Shown here piece after piece: positions 20,894 through 30,465 of a stretch of 64,000 bases of DNA (its first letter is position 1; each line of letters begins with the position of its first letter). The notes under the pieces were generated by a model. The model did no database searches and was not told the origin of the DNA. It saw only the letters and a program-made list of their open reading frames with translations. Position numbers and translations under genes: made by a program. Source of the stretch: Obrimoposthia wandeli (lineage: Eukaryota); the NCBI GenBank assembly GCA_977020255.1, contig CDROCS010005135.1:186001-250000 (forward strand), in the 5' to 3' direction.

Positions 20894-22615
20894 ATGAATT
20901 CTGAGCAGCATATTGCTTTATTGCTGAAAAAAGTAAAGCGAGAAAAAGCTGCTAGAGCCGCAGCAGAGAAGCTATTGGAAGTAAAAAGCTTTGAGCTGTA
21001 TAACGCCAAACTGCTGATTGAAGAGTCTGTCGAAAAGTTACAGAACAAAGCCAATCTTGATTCTGCACTGCTGGCGTATCAAACTAAAATTGAAACCATG
21101 CTTTTAAGTTATGGTCGTCAGTTCTTGAAGCAAGCGCCTAATGCCCTGATTATTCAAAATTTGGTGCAATCATTGGTTGATAGTAAATCTGTCACTGCAT
21201 GTTGCATCCACATCTTTCCTGAAAGCCAAATCGAGAATGCTGGCTTGTATGACTATGGTCGTCGACAACACTGGCTTCCTCCCGAGCAACTTAAACAAGA
21301 AATACATGTGTGGGATGATGAAGAGCACACCTATTGGATAGCATTGCGTAATAGTAATAATATACTTATAGGTTTTTTTGCTGCACGTATCAACGCCACT
21401 GGCAGTTGGCTGGAATCAATAAAAAAGCATATGGCTTTATTCACTGAAATGCTGCGTTCAGCTATTAGTCGTCAAATCATTCTGGCCAATGCAATCGCAG
21501 CTCAAAAACGTGCGGAAAACTCTGAACAAGCAACCCGTGATTTTCTCGCCATGATCAATCATGAATTGCGTACTCCACTTAATGGTTTACTCGGTACTGC
21601 TGAGTTACTCGGTGATAGTCCGCTAAACAGCGATCAAACTAAGTTACTTACAACCCTCAATCACTCGGGTGAATTGCTACGAGCGATCATTAACGATCTG
21701 TTAGATTACAGCAAGATCAATGCTGGTATGCTAGAGCTGACCGAAAAACCATTCGATAGCCATTTATTGGCCATCAAAATGCAAGATATTTTTAATTTTC
21801 GAGCATCAGAAAAACGCTTAACCTTTAATTTTATTTGTTCACCAGCAGTGCCGAAAACCTTGAATGGTGATGAAGATCGTATCAAACAGATCTTCGTGAA
21901 CTTGATCAGCAATGCCATCAAATTTACCGAGCGAGGTAGTGTCGTAGCATTATTGGATTGGCGTAACGAGAAACTTTACTTTGAAGTGAAAGATTCAGGG
22001 TGCGGTATTTCTCTTAGCCAGCAGTCCAAGTTATTTAAACCGTTTAGTCAAGTGGATATTTCAAGTAAACGCAGCCATGAAGGAACAGGCCTAGGGCTGG
22101 CGATTTGTAAGCAATTGACTGAGCAAATGCAGGGTACCGTTCGACTTGAAAGTGAACGAAATGCAGGTGCCACCTTTATTATCGAGCTGCCGTTAGTTGT
22201 AGTTGAAGGTGAAGTCATCAATAGCCGACCAACTCACTACAACAATAAACTACTAGAAAATAAGACAGTATTGGTTGTCGAAGATCTGAAAACTAATCAA
22301 ATGATCATTAAGCTTATGCTTAGTAAAATTGGCATTTGTCCTGTGATTGTAGATAACGGTGCAGAAGCGGTAGATATTCTTGAACAACAATCGTTCGATA
22401 TCGTGTTAATGGATTGCCGTATGCCGATCATGGATGGATACTGTGCTACGCGTCAGTTACGCAGCGATAATTACATCAAACCGATTATTGCTTTAACTGC
22501 GGGTACGACAACCGCTGAACGTGAAGAATGCTTGCGTGCAGGCATGAACGATATTCTCTGTAAACCTTACCAGTCTGTTGAGCTCAAAAGTATGCTAGCA
22601 AAATGGTGTGTATAA
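20894..22615 (+). CDS. Hybrid sensor histidine kinase (HisKA-HATPase-REC), H-NOX-associated (HqsK-like)
   Basis: INHELRTPLNG, NLISNAIKFT, DSGCGI and GTGLGL; REC domain with LMDCRMP...KP; no obvious TM segment. Confidence 0.9.
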   Translation: MNSEQHIALLLKKVKREKAARAAAEKLLEVKSFELYNAKLLIEESVEKLQNKANLDSALLAYQTKIETMLLSYGRQFLKQAPNALIIQNLVQSLVDSKSVTACCIHIFPESQIENAGLYDYGRRQHWLPPEQLKQEIHVWDDEEHTYWIALRNSNNILIGFFAARINATGSWLESIKKHMALFTEMLRSAISRQIILANAIAAQKRAENSEQATRDFLAMINHELRTPLNGLLGTAELLGDSPLNSDQTKLLTTLNHSGELLRAIINDLLDYSKINAGMLELTEKPFDSHLLAIKMQDIFNFRASEKRLTFNFICSPAVPKTLNGDEDRIKQIFVNLISNAIKFTERGSVVALLDWRNEKLYFEVKDSGCGISLSQQSKLFKPFSQVDISSKRSHEGTGLGLAICKQLTEQMQGTVRLESERNAGATFIIELPLVVVEGEVINSRPTHYNNKLLENKTVLVVEDLKTNQMIIKLMLSKIGICPVIVDNGAEAVDILEQQSFDIVLMDCRMPIMDGYCATRQLRSDNYIKPIIALTAGTTTAEREECLRAGMNDILCKPYQSVELKSMLAKWCV

Positions 22616-22616
22616 A

Positions 22617-22637
22617 AAAGGGGCTTAAAGCCCCTTT
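22617..22637. terminator. Bidirectional terminator between the kinase and nrdJb
   Basis: AAAGGGGCT-TAA-AGCCCCTTT. Confidence 0.7.
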
Positions 22638-22672
22638 AGTTTAGTGATTTTTCATTACACGTGATTAAGACT

Positions 22673-23380
22673 TTAACCGCATTTAGAGTCGCCACAATTT
22701 AAACAAGTCTGGCAACCATCTTTAATAATCATTGCTTTAGTGTGGCACTTATAGCACAAGGTAGCACTTGGCGGAAAACTGCCATTGCTTTCAGATTCAG
22801 CGTTTTCTGCAATTTTTTCTTCAGCTACTTTAGCTGCAAGATCTGCTTTTTTAGCATCTAGAAATGCTTTCTGGTGTACATCCACTTCAGGCGCACCCAT
22901 CACGCCAATTTTCGTTAAATGCTGTTCGATAATATTACCGATTTCAGCAATTAAAGAAGGCACATATTTGCCTTTATTCCAGTAACCGCCTTTTGGATCG
23001 AACACTGAACGTAACTCTTCTACTAAGAAAGTACAGTCTCCACCTTTACGGAATACCGCAGACATAATACGGGTTAGGGCAACAATCCACTGGTAGTGCT
23101 CTAAGCTTTTCGAGTTAATGAAAACTTCGAATGGGCAACGTACTTCATGCACTGTACCCTCATTTAAAACCACATCATTGATGGTAATAAACAAAGAATG
23201 CTCAGAGATGTGCTCGGGCGTTTTCAGCTTGTATGTTGTACCTAAAAGAATGTCAGGACGAGGCATGTTTTCATGCATGTACTCAACAATCACTTCAGGT
23301 TGTACCGGCTCTGCCTGTACTTCTGGCTCTTGGCTTTTTACTTTAAAGCCAACGATTTTACTGCTAATTTTCTGAACCAT
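22673..23380 (-). CDS. nrdJb: Class II ribonucleotide reductase small partner subunit (NrdJb-like; TSCPD domain plus Zn ribbon)
   Basis: PFEVFINSK, and C-terminal CYKC...CQTCLNCGDSKCG; 20 bp downstream of nrdJa. Confidence 0.85.
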   Translation of the reverse strand: MVQKISSKIVGFKVKSQEPEVQAEPVQPEVIVEYMHENMPRPDILLGTTYKLKTPEHISEHSLFITINDVVLNEGTVHEVRCPFEVFINSKSLEHYQWIVALTRIMSAVFRKGGDCTFLVEELRSVFDPKGGYWNKGKYVPSLIAEIGNIIEQHLTKIGVMGAPEVDVHQKAFLDAKKADLAAKVAEEKIAENAESESNGSFPPSATLCYKCHTKAMIIKDGCQTCLNCGDSKCG

Positions 23381-23400
23381 GAATAGTTAACCTTTCTAAC

Positions 23401-25551
23401 TTAATACTTACCGTAGTAACCTTCTTTAAGCGCATCGTAAAGATTGGCTGCGGTGTGTGTTTCACCGTCGTATTCAATCTCTTCGTTGCCCTTAGCTTCA
23501 ATTGTTGCGCCGTCTTCTAAGTTGAAAACGTACGTTGTATTTTCAAGGTCGCTCTCTTTTACGAGTACACCTTGGAATACTTCAGGATTGAAGCGGAAAG
23601 TAGTGCAACCCTTCAAACCTTTATCGTAGGCATTCATATAAATGTCTTGAAAGTCTTCGAAAGGGAAGTCTGTTGGTATATTGGCAGTTTTGGAAATTGA
23701 AGAATCAATCCAGCGTTGAGCAGCGGCTTGAACATCTACATGCTGGCTTGGTGTAATATCATCTGCGGTAATGAAATATTCTGGCAGTTGAGTTTCTTCA
23801 TCTGTGCTGTATGGCATTGCTTTGCTATTCACTAGCTCGCGATAGGCCAGTAATTCAAAGCTATATACATTAACACTTTCTTTTGTTTTCTTGCCAGTAA
23901 CGATGACGTTACGGGTGTAGTGATGTGCAAAACTTGGTTCAATACCGTTACTTGCGTTATTCGCTAATGATAATGAAATAGTACCCGTTGGCGCAATTGA
24001 ACTATGGTGGGTGAAACGCGCCCCGACGGTTGATAAGGCCTCAATCAGTTCTGGTTCAATTTCAGCAACCTGCTGCATGTAGCGGCTGTATTTCGCGTGC
24101 AGCACTTTACCTTTTATTTTGTCGCCTACCTTGATGTCATCATCTGCCATTTCTGGGCGTTGACGTATCATCTTGGCGGTAATAGTAAATTCTTGCTCCA
24201 TGACAGGGGCTGCGCCTTTTTCTTTGGCAAGGCTTAGGGCTTCTTTCCAGCCTGTAATCGCCAGTTCTTGCGCTACTTGTTCTGTAAAGGCAATTGATGC
24301 TGCGCTGCCGTACTTATGCGTTAGCATGGTTGTTGTAGAGCCAAGCCCTAAGAAACCCATACCGTGACGACGTTTATGCATAATTTCATGACGTTGCTTT
24401 TCAAGCGGAAGCTGATTGATTTCAACTACGTTGTCTAACATACGCGTGAAAATAGCAACGACACGACGGAAACCATCCCAATCAAATGCAGCGGTATTCG
24501 TGAAGGGGTCTCGCACAAATTTTGTGAGGTTGATAGAACCTAAAAGACACGCGCCATAAGGCGGAAGAGGCTGTTCACCGCAAGGGTTAGTTGCTCGGAT
24601 CTCTTCACAGAACCAGTTGTTGTTCATCTGGTTTACTTTATCAATCAGAATGAAACCCGGTTCAGCATAGTCATAGGTTGACGTCATAATAACGTTCCAT
24701 AATTTACGCGCAGGCAAGGTACGGAAAATTTTACATGCGACGCGACCGTCTTTGTCTTCCACGAAACCTTCAGCCAGCGGCCAATCTGTCCACATGACTG
24801 AAGAATCAGTATGTAGATCGAGGTTATCTTGCTTCGCTTCTTTTGCGGTTACAGGGAAGACAAGGCTCCAGTCTTTATCATTCTTAACGGCTTGAACAAA
24901 TTCTTCAGAAATTAATAGCGATAAGTTGAATTGGCGTAGGCGACCATCTTCACGCTTAGCACGAATGAAATCGATAATATCTGGATGACGAATATCCATG
25001 GTGCCCATTTGTGCGCCACGACGACCACCCGCAGAAGACACGGTGAAACACATCTTGTCATAGATATCCATGAAAGACAGTGGGCCAGACGTATAAGCAC
25101 CCGCGCCAGACACAAAAGCGCCACGTGGGCGAAGTGTCGAGAAATCATACCCAATACCACAACCTGCTTTTAAGGTAAGACCTGCTTCGTGAACTTTACC
25201 TAAAATATCATCCATCGAATCTTCGATAGTGCCTGATACGGTGCAGTTAATGGTTGAGGTGGCAGGTTTGTGTTCAAAAGCACCTGCATTAGACGTAATA
25301 CGACCAGCAGGGATAGCACCGTTACGCAGCGCCCACAAAAATTCGTTGTACCAATGTTCTTTGACTTTATCTTTTTCTAAATCAGCTAACGCGCGAGCAA
25401 CACGTTTGAAGGTATCATCTACCGTCTCATCAATAGCGATTCCATGCTTAGTCTTGAGACGATATTTACTGTCCCAGATCTCCATAGAGGTAGATTGGTA
25501 TGCAATATCGATAGCTTGAGATACTTCAGAAGCTGTTGAGGTTTTCGCCAT
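23401..25551 (-). CDS. nrdJa: Adenosylcobalamin-dependent ribonucleotide reductase large subunit (NrdJa)
   Basis: IPAGRI, TINC, GGRRGAQM, ATNPCGEQPL, IAPTGTIS and KGCTTFR; no intein-sized insertion seen. Confidence 0.93.
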   Translation of the reverse strand: MAKTSTASEVSQAIDIAYQSTSMEIWDSKYRLKTKHGIAIDETVDDTFKRVARALADLEKDKVKEHWYNEFLWALRNGAIPAGRITSNAGAFEHKPATSTINCTVSGTIEDSMDDILGKVHEAGLTLKAGCGIGYDFSTLRPRGAFVSGAGAYTSGPLSFMDIYDKMCFTVSSAGGRRGAQMGTMDIRHPDIIDFIRAKREDGRLRQFNLSLLISEEFVQAVKNDKDWSLVFPVTAKEAKQDNLDLHTDSSVMWTDWPLAEGFVEDKDGRVACKIFRTLPARKLWNVIMTSTYDYAEPGFILIDKVNQMNNNWFCEEIRATNPCGEQPLPPYGACLLGSINLTKFVRDPFTNTAAFDWDGFRRVVAIFTRMLDNVVEINQLPLEKQRHEIMHKRRHGMGFLGLGSTTTMLTHKYGSAASIAFTEQVAQELAITGWKEALSLAKEKGAAPVMEQEFTITAKMIRQRPEMADDDIKVGDKIKGKVLHAKYSRYMQQVAEIEPELIEALSTVGARFTHHSSIAPTGTISLSLANNASNGIEPSFAHHYTRNVIVTGKKTKESVNVYSFELLAYRELVNSKAMPYSTDEETQLPEYFITADDITPSQHVDVQAAAQRWIDSSISKTANIPTDFPFEDFQDIYMNAYDKGLKGCTTFRFNPEVFQGVLVKESDLENTTYVFNLEDGATIEAKGNEEIEYDGETHTAANLYDALKEGYYGKY

Positions 25552-25637
25552 TATGAATGCACCTTTATGTTTGTTGTAATTCAAGCACAACAGACACAGT
25601 TTAATGCGTCATCCAGACTGCATTATGTGTGTTTAAG

Positions 25638-25727
25638 AGCCAATATGTGGTTGCCTCATATGTTGAGGTGACAGATGAAAACACAATATATGATGATCTT
25701 CTAGTCTTGACAGCCACTATATCTGCG
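25638..25727. promoter_or_regulatory. NrdR-box-like motifs upstream of nrdJa
   Basis: CAACCACATATTGGCT (minus strand, 25638-25653), ACACAATATATGATG (25681-25695) and CCACTATATCTGCG (25714-25727) resemble acaCwAtATaTwGtgt with mismatches. Confidence 0.45.
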
Positions 25728-25971
25728 ATTGTAAGTGTAGTGTTAAACGAAACGATCGGCCTTGTTTTTTCAATGTTTGATAACTGTGCCTTGTAAATAA
25801 ATTGCAGAGGAAATAATACAGAATGTCGAGAGAAAAAGGTGTGATTTGAAGAGTTTTTTGAAACAAAAAAGATAATATTCAGACGAGATAATACAGATCA
25901 AAAAAGCACTCAGTGTGAGTGCTTTCAAATGCGACTGTGATCAAATGCGATTGTGATTAAATGCAATAGAT

Positions 25972-26985
25972 TTAGAAGCCGTAGCGTAAACCAAGCTGTA
26001 ATTCATCTTCGTCATTATCACCTTCACCACCTTCACCTTCATCAAGTAAATTGAACTTGTAGCTACCAAAGAGAGCTACATTGCCCATGTAGCGAGCATA
26101 TTCAATACCGATGAAGTCGATATCTAACGCTCCAATATCATCAGCAGAGTAGTAGTTATATGTCATGTTGACGGTGTTATCGCCAAATGAGTAACCTGCA
26201 TAAAGGTCTACGGCACTGAAATCAGAATCACTGGTGCCAAGAGCGGAAATATTACCACCTTGATACATGGCTGCCAACCAGATCCCATCATTGGCATATT
26301 TAGCAGCTAATAGGTAAGTGTCTGATGAATCGGTATTAAATTGATTACCATAAGTTTGATCACTTGCGGCATAACCAGCACCGAGTTCTAATCCGATAGG
26401 TAACTCATAGGCAATGATTGTACCGTAACCATCACTCTGGCTGTCAGAGTTAAAATTACCGTCGACTTGGAATGTTAAGCCATAGCTGGTGGTTGTCGCG
26501 TAACGGAGCATATTCTTAGCTCGATCAGCTGTTGCCACGTTATACTCGTTGGTGTAACCACTGAATGTTTCGGCGACATCTGTCCAGTCGGTAATATAGG
26601 TAACGGCATTTACCTGATGACCATAAAAAACATCACCAAAACTGGTTTCGGCACCAGCATATAAGTGACGAGTATTCATTTCTACATCATCAGAGCCGCC
26701 ATCAGTTTTTTCTGTCAGCTCAAATTCATATTTACCGACGAAAGTAATGTCTGAATTATATGTTTGTTTGCCATCGACAGTTAAACGAACGCGAGATTTA
26801 TCTTTATAGCTACTGTCATTGGTCGTTGTTTTATTTGCATCTGAAATATTAGCGCGAACTTCTGCTCGACCTCCTACGTTAAATACTGTGTTGTCATCTT
26901 GATATACTGTTGCTGCTGAAGCTGGAATTGATACGGTTGCTGCTGCCACTGCGATGGCAATGAATTTCATATTCATTTTTGTCAT
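25972..26985 (-). CDS. Outer-membrane general porin (OmpU/OmpC-like)
   Basis: Signal peptide, ATVY mature start, GGRAEVR, TRHLYAG, and a C-terminal LGLRYGF beta-signal. Confidence 0.9.
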   Translation of the reverse strand: MTKMNMKFIAIAVAAATVSIPASAATVYQDDNTVFNVGGRAEVRANISDANKTTTNDSSYKDKSRVRLTVDGKQTYNSDITFVGKYEFELTEKTDGGSDDVEMNTRHLYAGAETSFGDVFYGHQVNAVTYITDWTDVAETFSGYTNEYNVATADRAKNMLRYATTTSYGLTFQVDGNFNSDSQSDGYGTIIAYELPIGLELGAGYAASDQTYGNQFNTDSSDTYLLAAKYANDGIWLAAMYQGGNISALGTSDSDFSAVDLYAGYSFGDNTVNMTYNYYSADDIGALDIDFIGIEYARYMGNVALFGSYKFNLLDEGEGGEGDNDEDELQLGLRYGF

Positions 26986-27293
26986 CCCTTTACTAGAATA
27001 ATTGGGTTACTCCTCGAAGCGTTCACGACAAAAAAATGCTACTAACTTCGTGAAATAAACTCTAGTCCGGATGTTCATAAAAAGGTAACCCGAATCACGG
27101 AAATATTTAATTAATAGATATTGTTGTGCATGATGATTAGTTTCTTTACATGTGAATTTGAAATAATTTATTGATAAGCTACTGTTAAAAGTTAGTCACA
27201 AAAAAAGCACTCAAGAGAGTGCCCAAATAAAGTAAAAAATAAACGTTGCCAGATGTCTATGCAGCAATGACTAGGGCTGCACCAACTAGGCCG

Positions 27294-27320
27294 TATACCC
27301 AAGTTACCTCAAGGTGCTTA
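27294..27320. repeat. Family B element, half copy
   Basis: TATACCCAAGTTACCTCAAGGTGC matches the left end of the copies at 28035 and 46279. Confidence 0.6.
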
Positions 27321-27372
27321 AGATTTCTTTGGCTATAAAAAAAGCCAGCATAAACATGCTGGCTTAGATGTG

Positions 27373-27996
27373 TTAATTCAACGTTGTTAGGTACTTGATG
27401 GTGTTTGCCATATCATCCAAACTTTGGTGCGCATCGCTTTGTACCATGTATTTACCATTCACAATAAATGCCGGAACGGACGCTAATTGTGAGTTTGCTA
27501 CGATAGATTCAGCTTCCGTCATTTTTTTATACACTTGTTTGTGTTGCTCTTCACTTAAGCCATAAGGACTAAGCAGATCATTTGACGTAAAGATTTCTTC
27601 CAAGATGACTTTCTTTTCTGCTTCGGTTGCCGTTTCTGGTGTGTCTTGCGTGTAAGCGAATAATTGTTCCATCAGCTTATCACTAGGCTTACCATCGGTC
27701 TGAATAGAGGCAGTATAAAAAATATAAGCTGCAACCTGTGCGCTTTCATTAAACGTCACATGCACTTTATCTATATTTACGCCTGCCATTTTCTTTATCT
27801 CTGGCAACATGGTTTCCATGCTGCGGCAATGCCCGCATGAAAGAGAAAATACTTCGACAACCATCGGCATATCGGAGATTGGCGTTGATATTTGCGTGTA
27901 CTTATCACCTTCTTTAGGGGTGTTAGTATCGTCGCAACCCACTAAAGCGACCATGGCAAATAGTAAAGCTAAAGCGGGTTTAAAATACTTTTTCAT
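27373..27996 (-). CDS. DsbA-family lipoprotein
   Basis: Lipobox LVGC, FSLSCGHC active site, and SVPAF cis-Pro loop. Confidence 0.85.
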   Translation of the reverse strand: MKKYFKPALALLFAMVALVGCDDTNTPKEGDKYTQISTPISDMPMVVEVFSLSCGHCRSMETMLPEIKKMAGVNIDKVHVTFNESAQVAAYIFYTASIQTDGKPSDKLMEQLFAYTQDTPETATEAEKKVILEEIFTSNDLLSPYGLSEEQHKQVYKKMTEAESIVANSQLASVPAFIVNGKYMVQSDAHQSLDDMANTIKYLTTLN

Positions 27997-28034
27997 AGTT
28001 AATCTGTCTGTCTGGTTATTTATGAAGGGATTAT

Positions 28035-28105
28035 TATACCCAAGTTACTGCAAGATGCTTGTTGAGATCACTCTGAATTCTGCATCTTGAGGTAGTTTGG
28101 GTATA
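28035..28105. repeat. MITE-like element, family B (71 bp)
   Basis: TATACCCAAGTTACTGCAAGATGC...GCATCTTGAGGTAGTTTGGGTATA inverted ends. Confidence 0.75.
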
Positions 28106-28335
28106 TGCATGTTCATGTGAAAAATAACTGATTTCAACTCAAATTTAAACATTATCTCGTAGAGATACTGAGTCAAAAATGGTGTAAAACAGTTTAGTCT
28201 GTGTCAATTGCATAATCGAAGTATATGACGACTGCTAGGTAAATGAACGATAAGAAACCTATCTCGCAGTAGCCTCTTGGTATTATAGGTAAATCAGTAT
28301 AAAATCGCCGACCTTTTTCTAAGTGGATACTCTGG

Positions 28336-29688
28336 ATGTACATCGGATTTGATTACGGGACAGCAAATTGCTCAGTTGCAATGATGGAGCAAGGGCAGCC
28401 ACGTATGTTGCCGTTAGAAAATGGCAATCAGTACATACCTTCTACTTTATGCGCTCCAACTCGTGAAGCCGTTAGTGAGCATTTATACCGCCACATGGGT
28501 ATATCTCCGCTTAACACTGTCGGTGAGCAAGTACTTCGTCGCGCCATTGCAATGAACCGAGAAGAAGATATTCGTGTTGAAAAAGGGGATTTGCAGTTTG
28601 GTCAGGCGGCATTGGATTTGTATCTCGAAGATCCTGAAGACGTGTATTACGTAAAATCTCCCAAGTCTTTTCTTGGTGCGAATGGGCTACGTGATGTGCA
28701 GATAAGCTTTTTTGAAGATCTTGTTTGCGCCATGATGAGTAATATTAAAACCAAAGCCGAAATGACGACTCAGAAAATAATTACAGATACCGTTATTGGG
28801 CGACCTGTGAATTTTCAAGGCACGGGTGGCGAACGGGCCAATGAGCAAGCTGAATCTATTTTAACGCAAGCGGCAAAGCGGGCTGGATTCAACAATATTG
28901 AATTTCAATTTGAACCTGTAGCTGCAGGCTTAGAGTTTGAAAGCACGTTAACGGAAAATAAAACCGTGCTGGTGGTTGATATCGGTGGCGGTACAACGGA
29001 CTGTTCATTGATCGAAATGGGTCCTGATTGGTGCGGAAAAGCCGATCGTACCGATAGTTTACTTGCCCACAGTGGTCAGCGTGTTGGTGGCAACGATTTG
29101 GATATCCATTTAGCCTTTAACCAATTAATGCCATTGTTTGGATTAGGCAGTAAAACGCAGCGCGGTATCGATATGCCAATTAGCCAATTTTGGAACCCTA
29201 TTGCCATTAATAACGTTATCGCTCAAACAGATTTTTATAGCTCTGCCAATATACGTACGTTAAATCAACTTCGACGTGATGCATCAGAACCTGAAAAACT
29301 GAAACGTCTGATTCATGCTTATCACGATACGCTAGGCTACCATATCGTTAGAAAAGCAGAAGAAAGTAAAATTGCCTTATCTGAAGCGAAAAACAGCCAA
29401 GTTCAAATACATATCTTATCTGAGTTACTAGAAGTCTCGATTTCTCAGAGCCAGATGGCAGAAGCCATTGAAACGCCAAAAGCCAAGATGAGTGAATTGG
29501 TGACAGAAGCCGTAAGCCAATCGGGTAAGAAGCCAGATCTTATTTATATGACGGGTGGTACTGCGCGTTCACCTATATTACGTGCCAGTATTGAACAACA
29601 ATTACCAAATGTACCCGTTGTTAGCGGCAGCTATTTTGGTTCTGTAACGGCAGGGTTAGCACGCTGGGCAGAGCATTGTTACCGCTAG
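28336..29688 (+). CDS. yegD: Hsp70-family protein YegD
   Basis: IGFDYGTANCSVA, KSPKSFLG, IGRPVNFQG, FEPVAAG, VDIGGGTTD and MTGGTARSP. Confidence 0.93.
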   Translation: MYIGFDYGTANCSVAMMEQGQPRMLPLENGNQYIPSTLCAPTREAVSEHLYRHMGISPLNTVGEQVLRRAIAMNREEDIRVEKGDLQFGQAALDLYLEDPEDVYYVKSPKSFLGANGLRDVQISFFEDLVCAMMSNIKTKAEMTTQKIITDTVIGRPVNFQGTGGERANEQAESILTQAAKRAGFNNIEFQFEPVAAGLEFESTLTENKTVLVVDIGGGTTDCSLIEMGPDWCGKADRTDSLLAHSGQRVGGNDLDIHLAFNQLMPLFGLGSKTQRGIDMPISQFWNPIAINNVIAQTDFYSSANIRTLNQLRRDASEPEKLKRLIHAYHDTLGYHIVRKAEESKIALSEAKNSQVQIHILSELLEVSISQSQMAEAIETPKAKMSELVTEAVSQSGKKPDLIYMTGGTARSPILRASIEQQLPNVPVVSGSYFGSVTAGLARWAEHCYR

Positions 29689-29775
29689 AGTGATTTATTA
29701 TCGTAAAACACAAAGATACAACAAAAAGCCCTCTTACTTATGAGGGCTTCGTTTTTATTGGGTGAACAACAATCG

Positions 29776-30084
29776 TTACGCAGGTTTAGGTGCAAACGCA
29801 GAACACCAGCCTGTAGCTGAAACTAGCTTGCCAGGGAATACACCACAAGGGCGCCATTCATCGCCGTCAGTACCTTGAATCAGTAAGCAGCCAGAACAAT
29901 GCTTGCTGTCGTCTGGTGATTTGTGAACATATTTTAAAGCTGCAGCTTGCGGGTTATCTTCAGCGAGGTGAGGAAGATCTGCTGCATGTGCTGGTTTGAT
30001 TAAATCTGTACCACCAAGGGTGACACCGATTACGCCACCAAGCCCAAGTTTTAGAAAGCGTCTACGTGTAGGGTGATTTTTCAT
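29776..30084 (-). CDS. High-potential iron-sulfur protein (HiPIP), Tat-exported
   Basis: TRRRFLK twin-arginine signal; AAALKY...HCSGC...WRPCGVFPGKLVSATGWCSAF contains the four HiPIP cysteines. Confidence 0.9.
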   Translation of the reverse strand: MKNHPTRRRFLKLGLGGVIGVTLGGTDLIKPAHAADLPHLAEDNPQAAALKYVHKSPDDSKHCSGCLLIQGTDGDEWRPCGVFPGKLVSATGWCSAFAPKPA

Positions 30085-30465
30085 GGGTTATCCTTTTTAA
30101 CGACATTAACTTATCTAATAATATTTATTGTGATGCTATATTTTTTTCTGACTTTACTTTACAGATCTGTGTCTAAAGCATTAATACGAACAAGTAGGGA
30201 TATTAGTTCACAAGTTTGGAATGAATTACGCGATCTAGCAACGTTATCTTTCCAAATTGTTCACATGATCACGTAGTTAGTATCATTGGTTTCATTGTGT
30301 TGAATAAAAAGCGGGCTATTTGTTAACTATAAGTATTTGACTTAGCAGGAATTGGTCATTGTTGTAAAATACACAGATTGTATCAATTCTTGACTTGCAA
30401 CATTTTTTTTACAAGCGCATGCTATGCGCGCGATACCACCAGACAAAACAATAAAGGTAGAAAAA

